Virus record (IMG/VR): IMGVR_UViG_3300045988_000108
Location: 1-6,813 of that record
Reading direction: 5' to 3' (one strand)
Origin: a virus
DNA: 6,813 nucleotides
Shown here: in pieces, positions 1 through 4,795 of the stretch
How positions within the stretch are numbered: the stretch's first letter is position 1
Layout of the letters: every line of letters starts with the position of its first letter
Made by a program: the position numbers and the translations under genes
The notes under the pieces: generated by a model
Seen by the model: only the letters and a program-made list of their open reading frames with translations
Databases searched by the model: none
Told to the model about the DNA's origin: nothing

Positions 1-99
1 AACAGTATCAAAATTGCCATAACCGAGAGCCATAAGTAATTTAGCAGCACGACAATAACGATAACCGTCACAAACAAAAACATCTGAAAAATCAGAACT
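1..99. repeat. Terminal overlap copy 1, identical to 6715-6813; signature of a circular contig rather than a biological repeat
   Basis: The string aacagtatcaaaattgccataaccgagagccataagtaatttagcagcacgacaataacgataaccgtcacaaacaaaaacatctgaaaaatcagaact occurs at both window ends. It lies inside the capsid reading frame. Confidence 0.97.
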
Positions 100-603
100 G
101 GAATCACAAAATTCTTTAAAACCCAACGCAGAACGGTTATTGCTGTCAGGATTATCAACAAAATAAGAACCACAGGCATTTAGAGCATGGGTTACAATTA
201 AACTTAACCAGAAACCCAAATCACGATAGGAAATATAAGGCAGAGAAGTTGAAACTTTAGACGCCTCAGTAGAACTGTCAGCAAACTTAGAAATATTCTG
301 TCCCGCATCACCTGTAGTTAAATTATTAACCTGCTGCTCAAAATACTTCCAAAGCGACTGAAAAGGTACAAAATAGTATTGGATATTTTCACGGATACGA
401 GTAAACGCATCAGTATTCAACGCAGCGGTACGTGTCTTACCATTATACCCGATCTTGAACGTCTCATTAGGGTTAACCCACTGGGTAAAAACTGGCAGCA
501 ATTCGCCAACCTGGGCGGTGAACATATGACGATGCGACAAATCGAAAGCATTACGATTTACCTTATTCTTAAGGCGATGCATACCTAAAACTTTATTAGC
601 CAT
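1..603 (-). CDS. VP1: Major capsid protein (Microviridae F/VP1 family), N-terminal 201 codons; continues across the circular junction into 6714..5263
   Basis: This ORF is missing from the supplied track because it runs off the window edge. The ATG at 603..601 is preceded by an in-frame TAA. My hand translation is MANKVLGMHRLKNKVNRNAFDLSHRHMFTAQVGELLPVFTQWVNPNETFKIGYNGKTRTAALNTDAFTRIRENIQYYFVPFQSLWKYFEQQ..., with no stop down to base 1. It contains the family-typical N-terminal block (R-N-x-F-D-L-S-H ... G-x-L-x-P ... FFVP-like YYFVP ... W). It is in frame with the 5263..6747 ORF, since (603-33)=570=3x190. Confidence 0.9.
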   Translation of the reverse strand, partial: MANKVLGMHRLKNKVNRNAFDLSHRHMFTAQVGELLPVFTQWVNPNETFKIGYNGKTRTAALNTDAFTRIRENIQYYFVPFQSLWKYFEQQVNNLTTGDAGQNISKFADSSTEASKVSTSLPYISYRDLGFWLSLIVTHALNACGSYFVDNPDSNNRSALGFKEFCDSSSDFSDVFVCDGYRYCRAAKLLMALGYGNFDTV

Positions 604-608
604 AATAA

Positions 609-2162
609 TTAATTTTTATAAGAATCTACAACATCACGGTGCTTAACATTCTCAATAAAAGCCATATTAGCTTTCTGGACTTGATACTGAAAAATAGACC
701 GTGTTTTTAAACTATTAAAATCATAAGTACCAGAATATGGAGACATACTGGCATAATTTTCATATGCAAATAATTTATCATTTTCCAGATTTTGGAAATA
801 CTGAACCATATTTTGATAATCTTTCCATGATATGAAGTCAAAACGTAACTTAAGACATTCATAGAAATCCAAACCTAAATAGGAGGATAACGAATAGTGA
901 TGATGTGCAGCATAAAGCAACGATTTTAAAGGGTTGACAGAAGCGGAACTGTTATAAATAGGTTTAGCAAATGTTACAGCATACCAATGAACAGCACGAA
1001 ACTGATAATCATATTTATATAAATCAGCAGTGGAAGACTTAAGCAACCACATAAGAAACTCTCTTACCTGTCCATCATCATAGATTTCTCCCTGGGAAGA
1101 GAAGAATCGTCTGGCAACGTATACCACCGAACGAAAAAGGGAAGAAGTTTCTGCAACATTAAAACAGGAAGAGCCTGTAAATTTAACGGCAAATTGAGAG
1201 TAATACGCATCGGACATGGAAACAGGACGTCGAACACCTTTTTTGTTAACAACATAATCTGTTGTAAGTGTTTCGTAATCTCTAGCCCGGAGTAATTCTC
1301 TAACCTCGTTTCGGTCCTTCGAGCCCAGTAAGATTGAGTGAAAACTCCTTTGTGGAAACTTATCAAGTACTCGAGGGAAGTCAGAATGTTGTGTAAGATA
1401 CTTACTAACATATTCTTGCATGTTGCCGTCTGTAACCTTTGAAGTCGTATCACCGTAGACCCATAAATCAGCCAAATCGAGTTTAACACAAATTTCTCGG
1501 GGGTTTTCTTTAGTTGATTGGGGCAAAGTTCGAACAATCCTAAAATCTGCTCTCGCTCTAGGCGAGTCGTGGAATAATAGGATATGATAATGCGGACGGA
1601 ATGATTGTGAACCGTACTCGCAAATAATGTAGTACCGTATTGTTTCACCATATTCTTTTAAAAACCATTTTCTTAAACGACCTATATACTTTCTTATATC
1701 ATCATACCATAGTATAGGTATAACAGAGTTATTACGTATACCACGCGAACGAGAAGGAAATCTACTATAATACTTATCAATACGTGAATAATAATCACGC
1801 AACATAGGAGCTGTATCAATAGTAGAAAAATCTGTAAGTTTAAATGATTTAGATATTTTATCCTCTACAAAGTAAAAACTTTTAGTTCTTCGATTATACT
1901 TCTTGATAACACGATTAGGAATGCGAAGAGCATAACCAAATGGGTACATATAAGAAGTATCAATGTAGGGTAAATGTAAATCATCATACGTATTAGTAAT
2001 GAATTCAACATATTTATGTTTAGATGCTTCTACCTCTAAAATCTTGCAAAGATGTTCCTGGGCAGCCACACGACACTGAAGGCATGAGTGACAACCAACA
2101 AGAGTTAAGCCATGTCGACCAACAACGGAAACAGGGTTATTGCAACGAGGAAAAAGTGCCAT
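609..2162 (-). CDS. VP4: Rolling-circle replication initiation protein (Microviridae VP4 / phiX174 gpA-like HUH endonuclease), 517 aa
   Basis: ATG start at 2162. Motif I-like VEFITNTYDD is at aa 52-61. The HUH motif RPHYHILLF has H-Y-H at 1592..1584. The two-tyrosine catalytic motif YVSKY at 1412..1398 matches the phiX174 gpA Y-x-x-K-Y layout. There is an N-terminal Cys cluster (C7, C24-x2-C27-x2-C30, C39). The stop codon lies 5 nt before the capsid ATG. Confidence 0.93.
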   Translation of the reverse strand: MALFPRCNNPVSVVGRHGLTLVGCHSCLQCRVAAQEHLCKILEVEASKHKYVEFITNTYDDLHLPYIDTSYMYPFGYALRIPNRVIKKYNRRTKSFYFVEDKISKSFKLTDFSTIDTAPMLRDYYSRIDKYYSRFPSRSRGIRNNSVIPILWYDDIRKYIGRLRKWFLKEYGETIRYYIICEYGSQSFRPHYHILLFHDSPRARADFRIVRTLPQSTKENPREICVKLDLADLWVYGDTTSKVTDGNMQEYVSKYLTQHSDFPRVLDKFPQRSFHSILLGSKDRNEVRELLRARDYETLTTDYVVNKKGVRRPVSMSDAYYSQFAVKFTGSSCFNVAETSSLFRSVVYVARRFFSSQGEIYDDGQVREFLMWLLKSSTADLYKYDYQFRAVHWYAVTFAKPIYNSSASVNPLKSLLYAAHHHYSLSSYLGLDFYECLKLRFDFISWKDYQNMVQYFQNLENDKLFAYENYASMSPYSGTYDFNSLKTRSIFQYQVQKANMAFIENVKHRDVVDSYKN

Positions 2163-2164
2163 AA

Positions 2165-2374
2165 TTATGTATCAAATAAATTACCGTCATAACAACTCAT
2201 AATAGTTTTATCTGTAACACGACCGCCACTTTTTGAAAAGTCTAGAGGACAATAAAGTTCAATAGTTTTCAAAGTTTCAGCCAAGAAAGGTTGAGAGGTA
2301 CCACTACAATAAGCTTGTTTACGCTGAATCTCTCGAACAACCTTAAGGGCAGTCAAATAATCTTTAGCAGTCAT
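2165..2374 (-). CDS. Hypothetical small protein, 69 aa (MTAKDYLTALKVVREIQRKQ...)
   Basis: I prefer the ATG at 2374 over the TTG at 2380 used by the track. The ORF is tightly packed, with its stop 2 nt before the rep ATG and its start 9 nt after the upstream TAG. It shares the TAG-TTTTTGCCT-ATG junction seen at the VP2 start. No family recognised. Confidence 0.5.
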   Translation of the reverse strand: MTAKDYLTALKVVREIQRKQAYCSGTSQPFLAETLKTIELYCPLDFSKSGGRVTDKTIMSCYDGNLFDT

Positions 2375-2383
2375 AGGCAAAAA

Positions 2384-2563
2384 CTAGATACGTTTATACC
2401 ATTGATAATCATGTTTCCAAGAAACAGGTGAAGTTGTCATTCTAGAAACAACAACTACAGAAGGCAAAAACAAACAAAGAAATTCATCAATTTTGCCATA
2501 CTTAACTACATACTGAACACCATTAACTTCAACGATGAAACAGCGAGAATTAATTTTCACCAT
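2384..2563 (-). CDS. Hypothetical small protein, 59 aa (MVKINSRCFIVEVNGVQYVVKYGKIDEF...)
   Basis: The first ATG is at 2563, whereas the track start at 2608 is a TTG. The ATG overlaps the end of the upstream lipoprotein ORF by 14 nt (ATGGTGAAAATTAA), an arrangement typical of translational coupling. No family recognised. Confidence 0.45.
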   Translation of the reverse strand: MVKINSRCFIVEVNGVQYVVKYGKIDEFLCLFLPSVVVVSRMTTSPVSWKHDYQWYKRI

Positions 2564-2765
2564 AAGACTTATTTTTTTTAGAACGGACAAAGCCGTTATG
2601 TTTAACAATTGTGGTATCTACTGATACAATAGTAGTGCGACCACTAACAACTACATTGTGAGACGTACTGCATGATGTCATGGTAGAGACACCAAAATAA
2701 GCAGCTATCAATCCGAGCGCATAAAGCGCAACTTTGATGATAATTTTTATAATTTCCTTCTTCAT
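2550..2765 (-). CDS. Small predicted lipoprotein / secreted membrane-anchored protein, 71 aa
   Basis: I take the ATG at 2765 (MKKEIIK...), because the track start at 2801 is a TTG. The n-region is MKKEIIKIIIK, the h-region is VALYALGLIAAYFGVSTMTS, and Cys32 follows. The residues T-M-T-S before the Cys fit the permissive lipobox rule ([LIVMFWSTAG]2-[LIVMFYSTAGCQ]-[AGS]-C). The mature part is about 40 aa, Ser/Thr/Val-rich with a basic tail. It is the first ORF downstream of the large non-coding region. Confidence 0.6.
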   Translation of the reverse strand: MKKEIIKIIIKVALYALGLIAAYFGVSTMTSCSTSHNVVVSGRTTIVSVDTTIVKHNGFVRSKKNKSYGEN

Positions 2766-2769
2766 GGTG

Positions 2770-2802
2770 CAAAGATAAGGAAAAGTAATTGTAACAACCA
2801 AA
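2770..2802 (-). promoter_or_regulatory. Candidate Bacteroides-type promoter P1: -33 TTTG (2802..2799), 21-nt spacer, -7 TATCTTTG (2777..2770)
   Basis: It matches the TTTG / TAnnTTTG consensus described for Bacteroides primary-sigma promoters, with canonical spacing. The caveat is that the motif ends only 4 nt before the ATG at 2765, so the mRNA would be leaderless or nearly so. Confidence 0.33.
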
Positions 2803-2855
2803 TTTGTTAACGTTTTTTAGGATAATAGTTACAAGGAACAAAAGTGCAGTAATTA

Positions 2856-2871
2856 GGGAATATGTATTCCC
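2856..2871. promoter_or_regulatory. Perfect palindrome GGGAATA-tg-TATTCCC (7+7 bp); candidate operator or protein-binding site, or a small hairpin
   Basis: Read directly: gggaatatgtattccc. It lies between the two promoter candidates and is immediately followed by an inverted copy of the TTTTGCCTAT junction motif (2874-2883). Confidence 0.5.
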
Positions 2872-2962
2872 ACTTTTGCCTATCCATAACAAGAGAGGGG
2901 GAATTTTCAGAAGAAAATTTTCATAAAAAGGTAGTAACCAATGAGTTATAAACTTTTCCGCG

Positions 2963-2995
2963 CAAAGCTAAGGTTTTTCTAGGAGACAAACCAAA
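2963..2995 (-). promoter_or_regulatory. Candidate Bacteroides-type promoter P2: -33 TTTG (2995..2992), 21-nt spacer, -7 TAGCTTTG (2970..2963)
   Basis: The plus strand shows caaagcta at 2963-2970 and caaa at 2992-2995. The spacing is the same 21 nt as in P1. It would give a leader of about 190 nt that contains the palindrome. Confidence 0.33.
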
Positions 2996-3000
2996 ATAAA

Positions 3001-3067
3001 GTATCTGTTTAGTTAAATTGTGTACGTACGTATAAAATGCGCGCGCACACAAAAACAAAACAGATAC
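3001..3067. repeat. 67-nt imperfect inverted repeat (hairpin/cruciform) with a GC-rich alternating purine-pyrimidine core
   Basis: The outer stem gtatctgttt (3001-3010) pairs perfectly with aaacagatac (3058-3067). Three more pairs (3012-3014 with 3054-3056) follow one mismatch. The inner imperfect stem runs 3020-3030 against 3040-3050, with loop tataaaatg. The alternating Py/Pu tracts are tgtgtacgtacgtata (3019-3034) and tgcgcgcgcacaca (3038-3051). Confidence 0.6.
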
Positions 3068-3285
3068 ATTAATACAATAGAATAAATTTTTATTATTTCA
3101 TAAAAAAATATAGATTTTTAGGGAAGGTAATTTAGATTAAATGAGAATTATCAAAAACGCGTCTGCATTAATAACGTACAATTAACAACAGAAGTAAGAA
3201 CAGGCGGTTTGTACTGCTACAAAAGCTGCAAAGATGCTCAAGGAGAACGAAAGATAATAGAAGAATGGATAAAAGTTGAAAAGTA

Positions 3286-3322
3286 CTAAAAATAAAGGCG
3301 CAAAGGTGTTAACCTCTGCGCC
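3286..3322 (-). terminator. Rho-independent terminator 7 nt downstream of the VP2 stop
   Basis: The minus-strand RNA reads GGCGCAGAGG-UUAACA-CCUUUGCGCC followed by UUUAUUUUUAG. This gives a 10-bp GC-rich stem with one G-U pair, a 6-nt loop and a U-tract. On the plus strand the same stem has an A-C mismatch and a poorer T-tract, so it is oriented for the coding strand. Confidence 0.8.
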
Positions 3323-3329
3323 TAAATTG

Positions 3330-4787
3330 TTATTTATAGCCGGTAGGACTATAATTAGGGTTTTCGCGGTACGCATCAAGCCAAGATTTACCACTAGGTG
3401 GTGGTGTAGGCTCACCGCCAGAAGAAGAACCTTCATTAAATCTAGGCTTAGGTGTGAAGTTACTGATACCATCAGAAACATTTTTGAACATACGCGAAAC
3501 AGATTCGCCACGCTCAAAGATTTTATCAGTATCATAACTATCAACACGCTTATTAGTAAGAGATGTTTCCGACTTATACATACCACTAAGGGACCGAATC
3601 AAATCTGGCTCTTGCATCAACTTATTCAAGGACCACTCATTTTGCTGAATATTTAAATCAAGCAAATGCTTATAAGGTGTTTGACGAAGAATACTCTCAG
3701 CCTTACCAATAGGCATTTTACCTAACATAAAATCAGTATAATAGCGTTGCATATCGTTAGACATATGTTGACCAGTAGTCAAAGCACCATAATAGCCACC
3801 TAACTGTTTAAGATAACTAGCATTGGCATTAGCATTTGTAATGGCGGCACGACCTTGCATTAAAGCGGCTTGACCTTGAACAGTAGCAGCATGTGCAAAC
3901 GTCTGCTGAATAGATAACCACTTACCATAATTCTCAGTCTGCTTGAGAGTATATTTACCGGCAGCAATGTCACGGAATGCAGATGCATAGAAAGACATTG
4001 TTTGAGCAACATTCTTTTCAACCTCCTGGGGCATCACATTATATAAACTAAACGCTTTCATTCGAGCATCATACATAGCATCAAAACCTTGCCAGTTAGC
4101 CAACTCTGCTTTAAACTGCTCTTGCAACAACCTATTTTGATAGGTATCCATAGCAAACTTATAGGTCATTTTTTGCATAGAGGTCTGAGATTCCAGAAGA
4201 CCTTTTTGAGCCATGTTAACACCCTCAATAGACTTATTAACATTCTCCTGAGACTTTTGCAATGCAACAGAAGAATCAACGGAACGTGTAGTATTATAAG
4301 CAGCCAAACCACGATTAGCAGAATCACCAATAAACGAATAATCGGTAGGCATCATTTGAGCAGATTCGGCAGCAGTAGCAGCAGCACCACTACCAACATT
4401 ACCACTGGCAGAGACGTCACCAAGTAAAGCATTGAGACCCGCAGCACGCATATCATTAGCCTTAGCAGATGATGTACCAAACATACGATACATCAATTCT
4501 TGCCAATCACGATTTTTCTTAGCTTCTTCTGAATTAAAACGATTCTGCTCTTGCATGATTTTATAATTCATCTCATTAGTCTTATTGGTATTATGCTTAC
4601 CAAAAAGACCACCAAGTAAAGAACTAGCAACACCAAGAGCACCACCAACTAAGGCTCCAGGAACACCACCAACAGCAGTACCAGCACCGGCACCAGCACC
4701 AGCAGAACCGAGAGCAGTGCATTTATTCAAACGAAAAGGAGCACCGCCAAAAGCGGCAGTACTCCTTAAAATTATATTAGACAACAT
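3330..4787 (-). CDS. VP2: DNA pilot / minor capsid protein (Microviridae VP2-like), 485 aa from ATG 4787
   Basis: The position follows the capsid and scaffold-like genes. The N-terminal Gly/Ala-rich hydrophobic segment is ALGSAGAGAGAGTAVGGVPGALVGGALGVASSLLGGLFG. It is followed by ...FNSEEAKKNRDWQELMYRMFGTSSAKANDMRAAGLNALLG, which resembles the conserved (M)SNTA-x-QR-x-x-x-D-x-x-AAGLNP-x-L block of gokushovirus VP2 proteins. The middle is long and Gln/Ala-rich. The track start at 4793 is a TTG two codons upstream. Confidence 0.82.
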   Translation of the reverse strand: MLSNIILRSTAAFGGAPFRLNKCTALGSAGAGAGAGTAVGGVPGALVGGALGVASSLLGGLFGKHNTNKTNEMNYKIMQEQNRFNSEEAKKNRDWQELMYRMFGTSSAKANDMRAAGLNALLGDVSASGNVGSGAAATAAESAQMMPTDYSFIGDSANRGLAAYNTTRSVDSSVALQKSQENVNKSIEGVNMAQKGLLESQTSMQKMTYKFAMDTYQNRLLQEQFKAELANWQGFDAMYDARMKAFSLYNVMPQEVEKNVAQTMSFYASAFRDIAAGKYTLKQTENYGKWLSIQQTFAHAATVQGQAALMQGRAAITNANANASYLKQLGGYYGALTTGQHMSNDMQRYYTDFMLGKMPIGKAESILRQTPYKHLLDLNIQQNEWSLNKLMQEPDLIRSLSGMYKSETSLTNKRVDSYDTDKIFERGESVSRMFKNVSDGISNFTPKPRFNEGSSSGGEPTPPPSGKSWLDAYRENPNYSPTGYK

Positions 4788-4795
4788 AGGCAAAA

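Noticed and set aside
1-99. The 99-nt direct terminal repeat as a biological feature (phage DTR, LTR or IS end)
   Set aside because: It lies inside the capsid reading frame and simply closes the circle. Microviridae genomes are circular ssDNA without terminal repeats. An exact end overlap of this kind is the usual signature of a circular contig from a k-mer assembler.
379-588. Plus-strand ORFs from the track (379..588, 3276..3656, 4089..4427, 4585..4803, 5764..6057, 6229..6417)
   Set aside because: All are antisense to well-supported capsid, pilot or scaffold-like genes. Several start with non-ATG codons. Their compositions are mirror images of the sense genes, for example Pro/Ala-rich opposite the Gly/Ala tract. 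Microviridae transcribe one strand, and I found no plus-strand promoter motif.
2644-2892. Minus-strand off-frame ORFs 2644..2892, 3182..3586, 6207..6401 and 6591..6797
   Set aside because: These are short, Leu/Ile/Phe-rich off-frame readings of T-rich coding sequence. ORF 2644..2892 starts at a TTG and reads across the promoter candidate into the lipoprotein gene. ORF 3182..3586 would read through the strong terminator hairpin. There is no supporting signal for any of them.
2913-2922. Small palindromes and repeats in the spacer: GAAAATTTTC (2913-2922), AATTTTC direct repeat (2902-2908 and 2916-2922), TTTGTA-ctgc-TACAAA (3208-3223), ACGCGT (3157-3162)
   Set aside because: They are short and AT-rich, of the size expected by chance in AT-rich non-coding DNA. 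There is no flanking context that suggests a function.
3019-3051. Resemblance of the minus-strand GTGCGCGCGCAT...ACAATTTAAC, and of TTATGTTTAACAAT at 2595-2608, to the E. coli dif half-sites (GGTGCGCATAA / TTATGTTAAAT)
   Set aside because: The matches are partial, with wrong spacing for an 11-6-11 dif architecture. I do not know the Bacteroidota dif consensus well enough to score it by eye. It is kept only as a check suggested under the non-coding-region finding.
3166-3176. A phiX174-origin-like string CATTAATAAC (compare the phiX ori core TGATATTAATAAC), with a second CATTAATA at 3067-3074
   Set aside because: It lies on the window plus strand, the non-coding and presumably non-virion strand. 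The phiX origin is nicked on the mRNA-sense strand. A 9-nt AT-rich match is also within chance expectation for a genome of this composition. It is worth remembering only if strand polarity turns out to be different.
3241-3279. Plus-strand AGGAG (3241-3245) followed by ATG at 3265
   Set aside because: The spacing is 19 nt, too far for a Shine-Dalgarno sequence. The ORF is only 4 codons (ATG GAT AAA AGT TGA). It lies on the non-coding strand.
4785-4793. Track start codons at 4793, 5251, 2380, 2608 and 2801
   Set aside because: Each is a TTG translated as M by the ORF caller, and an ATG follows 2-15 codons downstream in every case. I prefer the ATG starts (4787, 5245, 2374, 2563, 2765). The TTG itself is part of the recurrent TTTG junction or promoter motif.
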